Below are positions 1 to 12,605 of a stretch of 64,000 bases of DNA, one piece after another. The notes beneath the pieces were generated by a model that searched no databases, had not been told where the DNA came from, and was given only the letters and a program-made list of their open reading frames with translations. The stretch's first letter is position 1, and every line of letters starts with the position of its first letter. The stretch lies in contig OX597818.1 in the NCBI GenBank assembly GCA_951406725.2, forward strand, positions 118,730,001 through 118,794,000, given 5' to 3'. A program made the translations under genes and the position numbers. The stretch is from Octopus vulgaris (Eukaryota).

Positions 1-2800
1 CCGAGATGGCCTCACACCACAGGTCTTGATGACATACTCAAAAACGGTATGTGACACCTTAATTGTATACATAAGACAACATAATATAGTCATATGCAAT
101 ACATATTGCCCACCGGATGCCCCAAATCACATAGGCAAGTTTGAATATTGCCTCACAAGAATTAAAGAAATCCTCATGAATCTGGAACACCACGTGACCG
201 TATTTCTTATGAGTGATTTCAATTTCCCCAACGTTAAATGGCCCGAAGGTCACATACTCTCAGGAATGAATCATTGCAAGCAAGTACAGGTGGAGTCCCT
301 GCTCAACCTCACCAATGCCTTATTCATGGAGCAAGTTGTACTCAAGCCAACTAGGGCGAATAACATTCTGGATCTCTGCTTCACGAACAATATGGACATC
401 ATTCATGATGTGAAAGTGACACCGACATCAGTTTCGGATCACAACATAATAGAGCTGTCTATGTTTGGGCCGAAAGTAACCAGAGACATACAGCCTAAAG
501 GAAGCACCTGAAATCTCTCCAATCTGAACTTCCACAAAGCAGATAGGAAATCGATCCAAAAAGAGATCCTCAGAGAGGACTGGCCGGATTGTCTCTCCAC
601 AGCAGACATTGACATGAAACTAGAATGTTTCATGTCTTCTGTGCAAGCCGTATGCCAGAAATATGTCCCAGAGCGCAAGGCCAAAACAAATAGGAGCAAG
701 ATTCCAAGAGACAGGAAGATCCTCATAGGACGACGGACGAAGGTTGCAAATCGTCTCAACCAACATCCCAAAAGTAGCGAAACGTCCCGCCTAAAAACAA
801 CACTGATGCAGATCGAAAAAATTCTGCAACAATCCTATGTGAAGGAGAAAGCAGACAAAGAAGCCTGGGTTATAAAAAAACATTAAATCAAACCCAAAGG
901 CCTTCTTTCATTACGCGAAAGAAACAGTCTCAGTGCACTACAAGATAGGACCCCTCCTTCAAAAGGATGGCTCCCTCACAGACAGTCCAACTATGATCAG
1001 TGAGATGCTGAATGACCAGTTCAAAAGTGTCTTTACCACCCCGTTGGAACACAGACAAGTGAACGAACCAGTGGACTTCTTTGCCGCCTCACCTATAACC
1101 AGCGAGGCGGTTGCAATAGAATGTATTGACATTAGCGAAAAAGATGTCCTACTAGCCATAGATGAAGTGGACACAAACTCAGCTGCTGGTCCAGACGGGT
1201 TCCCAGCCATCCTTCTCAAAGCGTGTAAGCATGCCCTGGCAAAACCCCTCAAGTTTCTCTTCCAGAGCATTCTTGCGAATAGCAAACTGCCAAGCAAGCT
1301 GAAGGAGGGAATAATATGCCCAATACATAAAGGGAGAAGTAGAGCAGATGCCAAAAACTATAGGCCTATCTCTCTGACTTCACACATCAGCAAAGTCATG
1401 GAACGGATAGTCAGAAAGAAACTAATCGCATTCCTTGAGGAAAATAACTTGCTGAGTAATACCCAGCATTGTTTTCGACCAGGTTGGAGCTGCCTGACCC
1501 AGCTCTTACAGCATTATGACTGGGTGTTACTCAACAAATCAAATGTGGACGTAATCTACCTTGATTTTGCAAAAGTTTTTGACAAGGTGGATCATGATAT
1601 GATATGCCACAAACTACGTGACCTCGGCATAGCTGGAAAACTTGGAGTGTGGTTGCATGACTTCCTGAAAGATAGGAGTCAGGCAGTAGTGGTTAATGGA
1701 GCCACCTGTGTGAACACACAAATAGTGAGCGTTGTTCCACTGGGCACTGTCTTGGGACAACTGCTTTTTATAGTGGCCCTCTCAGATATGCCCTCAAATG
1801 CCCGGATAGTCACTCTGGCCAGCTATGCAGACGATACGAAAGTCTCGCAGAAAATACAGAACCCCAGCGATGTTGCACACCTGCAGCAGGAGTTGGACTC
1901 AATCTACAGATGGGCTGAGGATAATAATATGCAGTTTAATGCTGAAAATTTCCAGGCCCTGCGCTACCAGCATCCAAAACTGAATATTAAACTTACAGGA
2001 TACACCGGTCCACAGGGAATTTCAATCCCAGAGCCTAAGTCTGTGAGGGACCTGGGTATCGACATGAGTGATGATACTTCTTTCCGAGTACACATTACCA
2101 GGATGGCGACAAAGTGCAGATGACTGGCTGGGTGGATCCTAAGAACACTCAGAACCAGAGTTAAGGAAACCATGATGGTCCTCTGGCGGACATTCTTCCT
2201 CAGTCGCCTGGATTACTGCTCACAGCTATTGTCACCCACCAGTGTAAAATTAACAGCGGACCTTGAAGCAATCCAGAGAAGATTCACAAAGATCGTCTCT
2301 TTGCAACAGCTCAGCTACTGGGAAAGGTTGAAACAGCTAAGACTCTACTCCCTGGAGAGAAGACGGGAGAGGTATGCAGTGATATATGTCTGGAAGATCC
2401 TGGAAGGAATTGTGCCAAATTTTGGCATTGTAAGCTACACCAATGCTAGAACGGGACGACACTGCATAGTGCCAAAGATCCCAGCAATGCCATCACGCTT
2501 CAGGACCAGCTTCTGCAACAGCCTGGATTTCAAGGGCCCACAGCGTTTTAATATTCTCCCAAAGAGTCTGAGGAACTTGCACAAAGTAGATGTAACGGTT
2601 TTTAAATCAAAGCTAGACACCTTCCTGTCAAGAATCTCAGATGAACCTACCTCACGGCAAGAGGTGCAAATGAGAGTAGCTGTATCAAACTCCATTCTTC
2701 ACCAAGTGCCACATATTAGACGAGGTTCGTCGTAATAAAAGTGTAGCACAAAACGGCGGTGCATCAGCATGGCCGCAGCTCTGAGCTGAAACTAGAAAAA
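1..2800 (+). mobile_element. CR1-clade LINE, ORF2 (APE endonuclease + RT) with stops/frameshifts plus short 3' UTR; runs off the window start
   Basis: APE motifs SDFNFP-x-W, PTRANNILDLCFTN, SDHNII (26-511); RT motifs YRPISLTS, QHCFRPG-SC, YLDFAKVFDKVDH, VPLGTVLG, YADDTK (933-2123); CR1-type C-terminus RLDYCSQ...YSLERRRER (2172-2735). Broken into 4 ORFs; ends in a hairpin tail and A-run at 2754-2800. Confidence 0.93.
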
Positions 2801-2813
2801 ATATATATATAGT

Positions 2814-2848
<35 letters not shown>

Positions 2849-3070
2849 CTGTCTGTCTGTCTGTGTTTGTCCCGCCAACATCGCTTGGCAATCGATGCTG
2901 GGGTGTTTACGTCTACGTAACTTAGAGGTTCGGTAAAAGAGACCGATAGAATAAGTACTAGGCTTACAAAGAATAAGTCCTGCGGTCGATTTGCTCGACT
3001 AAAGGCGACACTCCAGCATGGTCACAGTCAAATGACTGAAATGTATAAAAGTGTAAGAGAGATAAGAGAG
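2801..3070 (+). mobile_element. SINE family A, 3' half (internal microsatellite + body + tail)
   Basis: Matches the 3' half of the full copies at 18016-18427 and 45059-45460 (tgtttgtccc...gatgctgg...gaataagtactaggcttac...cagcatgg..cagtcaaatgactgaaa). Confidence 0.85.
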
Positions 3071-3944
3071 TATCTACAAGGACACATGCATATATGTGTA
3101 CGGTTGTGCTTAAGCATGATCATAGATTTATATATGCACTTTGGAATATGTGGACAATGTGTGCGTGTGTGCATGCGTGTGTTTGTATATGTGTGTGTGT
3201 GTATGTGTGTGTATTTCTGTGGAGTGGGCCTCTATGTATGCATTGCTTATTGGGCATCATACATGTTATCTGACGTCACGCTAATTATTCTAACTTGATT
3301 TTTTTCTGAACGACGGCAACATGACTATATTTTTCTTCAATGCTTCTTTCACCTTCCATACATCTCCATAGTAATGGAAATATTCGTATACATTTTCTTC
3401 ATTGATTCCTCTATCACTTGCAAAACATAAAAATATTCATTAATACCATAGGTTCAGTTAATTAAGCTTTCGATTGCCATTCTGTATCTATGTTAATGAT
3501 AAAATCTGTAACACTAACATATACTCTACATTTTCCTCTGTTGTTCAAGGCCTTCATAGATCCAAGGAAATATATTTGATTTAAATAACCATTAGCGTTT
3601 TTATCATTTACGTATCATGCTTCATTAATTTCAACATGTCCAATGTGCATACGAGTGCTCCCCAAATTGGGACTAAATTCAGATGCTTCGCAGGTGTGCA
3701 TTTGCTGATATTTTCCCTTTGATCTTCAATGATTGCCTTTTAAGTAGTCGTCATCGACCTAAATATTCATCTACTTTATTTTCGTGTTTTATTTCATCAT
3801 GCTTTGCTAAACGTCAATGGAATCTAATATTATTTATGCTACAAATCCGATGCTATAATATGCATATACAATTGTTCATTTAAATTGAAAACCAGACAGC
3901 TATTTTCACGAATATACTTCATGTAATATTTATATATCATATAG

Positions 3945-4356
3945 GGCGGCGAGCTGGCAGAATCGTTAGCACGCCGGGCGAAATGCTTAGCGGTATTTCG
4001 TCTGCTTTTACGTTCTGAGTTCAAATTCCGCCGAGGTCGACTTTGCCTTTCATCCTTTCGGGGTCGATTAAATAAGTACAGTTACGCACTGGGGTCGATA
4101 TGATCGACTTAATCCGTTTGTCTGTCCTTGTTCTTCCTCTCTGTGTTTAGCCCCTTGTGGGTAGTAAAGAAATTGGTATTTCGTCTGCCTTTACGTTCTG
4201 AGTCCAAATTTCGCCGAGGTTGACTTTGCCTTTCATCCTCTCGTGGTTGATTAATAAGTGCCATTCACGCACTGGGGTCGATGTAATCGACTTAATCCCT
4301 TTGTCTATCCTTGTTGGTCTCCTCTATGCTTAGCCCCCAGTGGGTGAAAAAAAAAT
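3945..4356 (+). mobile_element. SINE family B: tRNA-like head + two tandem ~183-bp units
   Basis: Head ggcggcgagctggcagaatcgttagca (A-box-like) and gagttcaaattcc (B-box-like); units start at 3992 and 4175 with ggtatttcgtctg; same family at 18851-19424. Confidence 0.85.
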
Positions 4357-4886
4357 TTATATAGTACGTATTTCCGCTTAGTAACTCTCAAACTTATTTT
4401 GAATGTAAATAAATGCTAATAACCCTTGTGAGATCTTTCATAATACTCCATGGATTTCACCGTATATGCAGGCCAACAAAATAGACAATATCGCAGCTCA
4501 TTTAAATTAACCTAACAGCCAAATCAATTTTAATGATGTGAAGAGGGACTTAACATTGGATCATATGTTACTGCACACAGCATGAGCTAATAAGAGACAG
4601 AATGGTCACGATAGAAAAGTCTTCCAGTTGAAATCTTGTACGTCAGAGATGGTATAAAACTAGGACTATGTTACGAGAAAAATACAGGCAGAAACACCAA
4701 AAACTATTTGGGTTTATAACCACAAAATAAATACGAGGAATTAAGAACATCTATCGTTTGATATTGCAAGATATGAATACAATCTACATATAAATATATG
4801 CATTCACGTATAGATAGTTACCTAGAAAGATGGCTGGGCAGTGGGCAGATGGATGTACATACGTATGTATGCATATGTGTGTGTTA

Positions 4887-4948
<62 letters not shown>

Positions 4949-5501
4949 GAGAGAGAGAGAGAGAGAGAGAAAATAGGAAAAAACACAAGATCGCTTTACA
5001 GGATTTAAGAGTATATTAGAGCCATGATAATAAAGATATAACATTTTGTACAAAATAAAGTAAAGACATAAGTGGAGCAATGTCATGTCCCGGGAATCAC
5101 ATAATATCGGATATCCATTGCTGATTTATGCCCATCTTTTTATATTCGTAAATATAAGTTTTCTTTTTTGAATATGATTCCTCAGGTGTAGGATGAAGTT
5201 TTACGATATTTAAATTTGATTTCATTGATTTCATTTGTCGATAGATGTAGATATGTTTCCGTTGAAACTTAATACACTGCTTTACCTGTACGCAGTCACG
5301 TCTCGGGAATCGCATATTTTCGAATATCCTTTGCTGGTTTTGTTCTTTCAACATAATTGGAGCAATACGAAACCGGTTCTTAAATCTTGCAAAACAAAAC
5401 TTATGTGTTTTTACATCTTTTCTCTTTCTCTATTTCTATCCAACGCGTGTGGTCTCCCCACTGAAACATTTTCTACCTTATATATATATATATATATATA
5501 T

Positions 5502-5703
5502 GTTGAATCGCTAGCTTCTGCACGCATTTTTTTCTCTCCTTGTTTCTCTCCGTGTTTCTTTTCTTTGTATCTTTCTGTTGAAGAGCGTAGGCTCGAAACG
5601 TAAAAGACTTGTTTTATTTATATTCCTGAGCGCCATACTAATGCAATTGTTTGCTTGTACTCCACCTGCCTTCGTCTTTTGTTTATTTTCATAAAGCTTC
5701 CCG

Positions 5704-5705
<2 letters not shown>
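5502..5705 (+). mobile_element. Short PLE-like non-autonomous element with hammerhead-like fold, inserted in (TA)n
   Basis: Flanked by (TA)n on both sides; second copy in reverse orientation at 15244-15385. Confidence 0.7.
5570..5607 (+). ncRNA. Minimal type-I hammerhead-like ribozyme, variant core CUGUUGA
   Basis: tcttt-CTGTTGA-a-GAGC-gtag-GCTC-GAAAC-GTA-aaaga: stem I tcttt/aaaga, stem II GAGC/GCTC, palindromic ACGT stem III, GUA site. Confidence 0.6.
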
Positions 5706-5736
<31 letters not shown>

Positions 5737-5764
5737 TAGATAGATAGATAGGTAAGTAGGTAGG

Positions 5765-5825
<61 letters not shown>

Positions 5826-5908
5826 GGATAGATAGATAGATAGATGGATAGATAGATGGATAAATAGATATAGATAGATAGATGGATAGATAGATGGATA
5901 AATAGATG

Positions 5909-6007
<99 letters not shown>

Positions 6008-6010
6008 GGA
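5706..6010. repeat. (TA)n followed by long (GATA)n microsatellite
   Basis: Direct reading. Confidence 0.95.
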
Positions 6011-6147
6011 TTCAGATGAATATTGTACTTAAGTTGAGGGACTAGAATTTAGTACGGTACTATCCATACAATTTCAAAGTAAGGTGGATAAAATCAACAT
6101 AAGCAACAAGGATATCTGTACCGCATTACATCTGGATATCCTTGTTA

Positions 6148-6187
<40 letters not shown>

Positions 6188-6881
6188 TAAGTGTACACAC
6201 AAACACGCACACAAACACACGCACTGGCTCAATTCAATTCCGTTCCTTTCAATTAGTTAAATATCTAACTTACGAATTCGTTTTGTTTTCATTTGTCGGA
6301 GATCTTTCGTTGCTAGTTGCATCCCTTCAATGACTATTGTCTTAAACTCTTATTGAGACAGCTGTCTTCTGTTTGAGATTTGTTGCCTGCGTTTTTGTGC
6401 GTGGCAGCATGCGCGTATGCTTATGTATGTATGGATGTATGTATAGGTGGATGGATGAATGGATTCTTTGTATTCGTGTGTTTGAATCTGTATAAAACGG
6501 GAAGCGTCGTCCACAGCATAAAGTGCATACAAGGAGCTTTTAAGGACAGAAAAACTCAATGGATTCACAGGATACGAGTTTTCTCTTCGACGGATGTCAT
6601 AAGCTCTAAGCTATCATCATCTATATGTATGTTATGTATGTATGTGTGTATATACGAGGAGTATATAATTATAGGCATGTACGTGGGTGTGCAGGCACGC
6701 ATGTGTAGGTATGGACATGCGCGCTAACGGGAATACTATGAACATTTTTACTCCCTCGCTTTTACTCCCACCCCTCACCTAACGGTCAATCGAATAGCTC
6801 TTTTGTCTTAATAACGGTTAATCACACAGTAATTTCCCTTTGTATAACGGTCATTTTTCATAGCGTTTTTTCCGATGGCCG

Positions 6882-6942
6882 GATAACTGAAGAGATGGCG
6901 GCATGGGTTTCTGTCCCTACATCCGAAACTCGGAGTTCTATC
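6882..6942 (+). ncRNA. Hammerhead-like fold (slightly decayed), same family as 43646-43800
   Basis: gataa-CTGAAGA-gatg...catc-c-GAAAC-tcgga-GTT-ctatc; downstream ccgaataatt-tc-catatta matches the 43612-43835 arms. Confidence 0.55.
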
Positions 6943-6986
6943 ATGGCCACCGAATAATTCTCCCATATTAAATTTACACACACACC

Positions 6987-7035
<49 letters not shown>

Positions 7036-7068
7036 GTGTGTATATATATGTGTGTATATATATATGTG

Positions 7069-7148
<80 letters not shown>

Positions 7149-7149
<1 letters not shown>

Positions 7150-7527
7150 CTATATAAACGGCAGTTTGTCTGTGCGTGTTTCTGTGTGTCTGTTTGCTTG
7201 TACCCTCACCGTGACCACGGCTTTCAACCGATTCTGATGAAACTTGACACACACATAGCCCAATGTCATAATTCAAAACTAACGCAGCGAAAATTTTGAA
7301 AAGTTCCACCAGTTCTGAAAAAAATCGATAAATTCGACATGGGGTCGAGAATCAGGAACACAAACCACAAACTGTGTAGGGGACGCAACTCCACCTTTTT
7401 TAACTATCAAAAAAAAATTTACCATCATTTTTTTCCATTTTTTTGCTATTTTTTGGCTATAACTCTCTAAAAATGCTTTATAGTTATTTCCCTTACAAAC
7501 CTGAGCAACGCCGGGCGATACTGCTAG
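7149..7527 (+). mobile_element. Non-autonomous Helitron
   Basis: Starts TC (tctatataaac), ends CTAG, inserted between A and T in (TA)n; subterminal GC hairpin cctgagcaacgccggg shortly before CTAG. Confidence 0.75.
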
Positions 7528-7542
7528 TATATATATATAGAC

Positions 7543-7620
<78 letters not shown>

Positions 7621-8355
7621 ATCTGTATGTGTTTCTGTCAGTGATTATCCCACCACCACCACCGCTACAACCGGTGTTGGTGTGTATACGTCCCCGTAAC
7701 CTAGTGGCTCCCAAAAAGAAACCGACAGAATACGTACTAGGCTTTAAAAATATATATAACACACATCTATATATTTATATACACACACATATATATATAT
7801 ATATATATATTCATAAACATAAACTAACGATTTTCCCATTCATTCACAGCCAGTCTCCGTATGTCAAAGAACAGTATTAATAATTAATAACTATAGCACC
7901 TAGAAATTTAATTTGAATAAAACTATACAATATGGACACACGTATGGCATTGTGCTTGAGAAAAATTGTAAGCAAACAGGGTTTCAAGATGAGTCCCACT
8001 CATTAGTACTTGAGCAACCAAATTCTACTTATAACCCAGAGCCGACCAGTGAGTTTTGTGTGAATTCGAATGTGAGTGGTGTTATTCTGCGGAAAACTAT
8101 TATTTATGTGTGCATGTATTTCAGTAATGTGTACGATGGGAAGCCTGTGTGTCTGTATCATGCACCACATGGGAGCCAGTGTTTAAGTGATTGCTATAAC
8201 GTACATTAGGCGTTCGGCAAAACTGTTTAATTAGTAGATTTAAAGTAAGCACTGGTGTGGACTCGATTGCCCAATCCTTCATCGCAGAGCTACAGTATGA
8301 CCGCAATTATTTCCTGGATCAATTAAAAGTAATAAATAATTTATTATTTATTTGT

Positions 8356-8650
8356 GCGCCCTTTTTCAAGCCTAGCCAGCCTCATGGACCCGGTTTCTGT
8401 GGTGTATGTGTTCCTCCCAGCTGGACGGGAGGCCAAGCCATCGCAGCGTTACTCAAGAAGCAGGAAGAAAGAGTGAGAGAAAGTTGGGGTGAAAGAGTAC
8501 AACAGGGGTCACCGCCACCCCCTGCCGGAGCCTCGTGGAGCTTTAGCTATTTTCGTTCAATAAACACACACAACAACCGATCTGGGAATCGAAACCGCGA
8601 TCTTCCGACCGCGAGTCCGCTGCCCTAACAACTGGGCCATTGCGCCTCCA
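8356..8650 (-). mobile_element. SINE family C (tRNA-derived head, tail type X)
   Basis: Minus-strand head tggaggcgcaatggcccagttgttagggcagcggactcgcggtc...gtttcgattccc with A/B boxes; relatives at 31351-31718, 54496-54575, 56030-56317. Confidence 0.85.
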
Positions 8651-8965
8651 CAATAAATAATTTAACTAAATGATTTAACAATAATTCGAACAGGAGGATT
8701 CTATGTATTCCCTTATTCTGCGTATGCCCTAATTTCGGTGAAGGGGATTCAATCTAAAAGACACTGACCAAATTCAGTTAAGATACATAAAACAAAATAT
8801 GAGCAACGCTTAAAACTATATATACACATAAACACAAACTCTCTCACACACAAACACACACGCATCCACACACACACACATACATACATATATATGTCTG
8901 TATCTCTCTCCCGATTTCTCTCTCTCTCTCCCTCTCTCTCTCTCTCTGTATACATATATGTACTG

Positions 8966-9030
<65 letters not shown>

Positions 9031-9383
9031 ATGTATGTATATATATATGTACTTATGTATGAATGTATGTAAGTAGGTACGTATATATTAAGCACGCTAG
9101 GGGAGTGACGCATGTGCGTGTATTCTAAATTATACTTTGGGCTTTCATATTTTTTTCCTTATCTCATGTCTTTTACAATCTATTGGCTGCCCTAATGCTA
9201 AATTGGAGAGTTGTCCGAAAGGTCTATCGGCTGACCAAGATATTTTCATGGAGTGTGACTAAATGAGGTTTATTTTTCAACATATTCTTTCTTGTTGTCC
9301 CCATACTTCTTCCGTCGATGTGGCAATACTTGGATCCCTTTGGTAAAGAAACTTCCATCCTGTGGCTCAACAAATCATCAACT

Positions 9384-9496
9384 GCAAATATGACGTCATC
9401 ATCTAACGGGAGCAAATATGACGTCATTATCTATCGGGCGTAAATATGACGTCATCATGTATCGGGAGCAAATATGACGTCGTCATCTATCGCGAG
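9384..9496. repeat. 4 x 28-bp minisatellite containing TGACGTCA (CRE-type palindrome)
   Basis: TGACGTCA at 9391, 9419, 9447 and TGACGTCG at 9475; period 28. Confidence 0.85.
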
Positions 9497-10912
9497 TGCC
9501 GTCCCAATCTTTAACAAAGGGAAACAATTTTGTTGAGCCTCACCGGTAAAGTCCACGCTAGACATTTTGAAAAGATATGCATGGAAATTGTCAAGCCTAA
9601 GCTAAAATTGAAAGACAATGTGGCTTCTATGAATGAATCTGCAACGGACAGGCCCTCGAGATATCGTTTCAAAATTGCCAACACCTGAAGAATGCATACG
9701 TTCGCATTTAAAGTATAATCATCCATTCATATAACTTTCTAATACACAGTAGTTTTCTTCCCTGTGTCTATAATTTATGTCTTCATAACACATATTTTTC
9801 TTACCCCTTTTCTGTATCATCCCACTTTATCAGTTTATGTTGTTTCTTTATGTATTTCCCCTTCTTCTATATCTCGCTTTAAATCTGTAAATCTCATTTG
9901 TTTGTTTTTTCTCTTTCTCTGTTTCTCTTTCCAGTATTCTATATTTCATTGCTTTCGAAACCATTTCACTATCAAAATAAATAACACATTTCTGATATTC
10001 TAACTCACAAAACTATTGCTACATGAAACATATTTGAACAACTTCATGGGATCGATCTCAGCCTGTTGTTGTTTAACATTTGCTGTGTCATGACCCGGCA
10101 TATATGTGACCAAGGCCGTTCCAGCCTCGACCATTCATCCTTTTTGGCATACCAAGAACAGCCATTTATCATGTATCATGTATAATACATATCCCTTTTT
10201 AATTTGTAGTATAATTGGAAAGAGATGTAGCTCTTATTTCTAGCACATTGAGCGACTCATTAAAGGCATCGTCCTTTATCTCTTACTCGTTTCTTTCGGG
10301 TGATAAAATGATATCTAAGAAGTCGAAATTTTAGAAAACTTATCTTAAACCATTCGTTCTTGGCTGAAAACCAATATAGCATACAACTGCCAAAAGTCTT
10401 CAGTATCTGTGTGGGTGGAATGAAAATTCTAATGACATAGATATGAAAATCAATTAAAACGATATGATTTAGAAAACTCTAATTACTTCTGGTGAGTTCT
10501 TCTGGCAGGTTGTCATAGACTTCCTATTCCACGCTGAATAGCTGGTCTTCACTTTATTATATTGATCATCATTTACATATTGTCATCGCATTAACAATAC
10601 GTTTCATTGTCAGTCCTATTCAAGCCAGTAATATTTATATCTCTTTTTTGTTCTGTTGAAAGTTTTAAATTATATGCTAACCTCTAAAAATTCTCTATAA
10701 TGGTTTAAGGAACAGTTACTATTCTAAACCTCATCGTATTTTATACTGAGAAGAACATGCAGATGCTGTTTTGGTTAGATTCATCTTTCCTCTAAATTGT
10801 ATAGATAGAAATATTTATGTATATAGCGACCAGAGTGTGTGTTATTTCTTACCTATATTGCACGTTTAGGGTCTCCATTTGCAAAATGTGCTTTCAAAAC
10901 GGTACCGTTAGG

Positions 10913-11318
10913 TTACTCTTTTACTCTTTTACTTGTTTCAGTCATTTGACTGCGGCCATGCTGGAGCACCGCCTTTAATCGAGCAACTCGACCCCGGGAC
11001 TTATTCTTTTGTAAGCCCAGGACTTATTCTATCGGTCTCTTTTGCCGAACCGATAAGTAACGGGGACATAAACACACCAGCATCGGTTGTCAAGCAATAC
11101 TAGGGGACAAACACAGACACACACACGCATATATATATATATATATATATATATACGACGGGCTTCTTTCAGTTTCCATCTACCAAATCCACTCAGAAGG
11201 CTTTGGTCGGCCCGAGGCTATAGTAGAAGACACTTGCCCAAGGTGCCATGCAGTGGGACTGAACCCGGAACCATGTGGTTGGTAAACAAGCTACTTACCA
11301 CACAGCCACTCCTGCGCC
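10913..11318 (-). mobile_element. SINE family A, full length
   Basis: Reverse complement of 18016-18427: tRNA-like head (tggctgtgtggtaag...ggttcagtccc), ccttgggcaag central motif, internal (TA)n/(CA)n, (taaaagag)n tail. Confidence 0.9.
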
Positions 11319-11974
11319 TAATTGTTAATTGTTAGTAAATCAGTTTAAGGGAAACGAAATCTTTAGCTCTGAGGCTAATGTGTTATACGACTGTGAACCT
11401 GATCACTCACCGTACATTAAGTTGCACAGATTTTACCTTCATCTCAAATATTTATAATGATATTACTGGACAATAAATATATATTTGTCTACTCATATTT
11501 TGAAGTATGCAGTTCTATGATCTGAATCTAATTACTTCTAATTTTAAAATCGTCTGTATCACATACAGTTTGAATGTTTCGACTATCAGGAAAGTCTGTG
11601 AATATGTCCACCGTAAACCTAAACTCTAAATATAACAGGAACCAATTCAAAGAAAAGATCATTTTAAAATCAACTCTAACCTTTATACGATGGGAACACT
11701 GCATGCTTCACTCTATTACAAGGATATATTGGTTATGAATTTAAACCTCTGGTCAAATGTTTTGAAAAGTGCCCATTCAGTATTTTATTACATGTGTGTG
11801 TGTAGGGCAGATTTATTCAATATGAGACAATCGGTCTCAATTTGAAGGTGTTTGGCTACAATTTGTTGCAGATCCAGCAGAAACGTAGGAACAATTTCAT
11901 AGTTTTTGAAATAATAAATAGTTAAGATGGTGTGTAAAAGTTGATAAACTTTGGTTGGTTAATGTACGTAACAG

Positions 11975-12346
11975 GTGTCGATTAGTAAGCTATCCTCGCA
12001 CACAAACCGTAGTAAACGTAGATTTGTGGAACACACTAAAGAATATGACAAAACTGTAAGTCAAACGTTCACAGCAGACATGGAGTTCCTGAACACTGCT
12101 ATCAATTAATCTGAGTAGAAGAGCACGTGTAGTTGTGGTGCCATATCATACATGGGTGTTGCATATGGAGCAGGAACAATGATGGCTGTTGTGTGTTCAG
12201 TGGCAGCGTGTTTCTTCTTAAAAACAAAATATGTTCGTCAGCGAGAATATTTCTATCTTGATGAAATTTTCAAAGACATCATTCCTGAGAATATTCTTTA
12301 GAATATGACCAAAGACATGCCAGTTTCGACCAGAACGCAGCCATAA
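11975..12346 (+). pseudogene. Possible decayed terminal exon of a type-I membrane protein (furin site + TM helix; ZP-protein-like C-terminus)
   Basis: After aacag, a single frame reads VSISKLSSHTNRSKRRFVEHTKEYDKTVSQTFTADMEFLNTAIN*SE*KSTCSCGAISYMGVAYGAGTMMAVVCSVAACFFLKTKYVRQREYFYLDEIFKDIIPENIL*; hydrophobic stretch followed by basic residues. Manual translation only. Confidence 0.35.
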
Positions 12347-12402
12347 GTTACCTTTCAATTATTACATAATATTTTTAGATTATAATATCTTTTAAATTAT
12401 AC

Positions 12403-12605
12403 TTGTTCCGCTACTAGACTGCGGTCATGCCGAGGTACAGCCTTAAAGAGTTTTAATCCGGCAATTCGACTGCAGTACACTTTTTAAAGCCTTGTGCTTA
12501 TTCTATCAGAATATTTTGATGAAACGCTAAGTTACGGGGACATATACAAAGCAATATCAATTTTAAAGCAGTACTGGATTCCAAAAACACACACAAACAC
12601 ACACA
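12403..12605 (-). mobile_element. Degenerate SINE family A 3' part
   Basis: gactgcggtcatgc...cttattctatc...gctaagttacggggacat matches family A on the reverse strand. Confidence 0.65.

Noticed and set aside
959-1354. Antisense ORFs over the CR1, Dong and ORF1 elements
   Set aside because: Shadow ORFs of the coding strand with no recognisable motifs.
3992-4356. Repeat-spacer-like periodicity suggesting CRISPR
   Set aside because: Whole ~183-bp units repeat with no unique spacers, the context is eukaryotic and there are no cas genes.
7232-7250. CTGATGA-AAC motif in the Helitron (also 27739, 9626, 44693 minus, 52529 minus)
   Set aside because: No complete stem I/II/III arrangement around the core, so not called as hammerheads.
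8575-8650. tRNA-like sequences (also 18016, 21490, 32730, 3945)
   Set aside because: They are SINE heads with A/B boxes followed by SINE bodies, without a complete cloverleaf; not called as tRNA genes.
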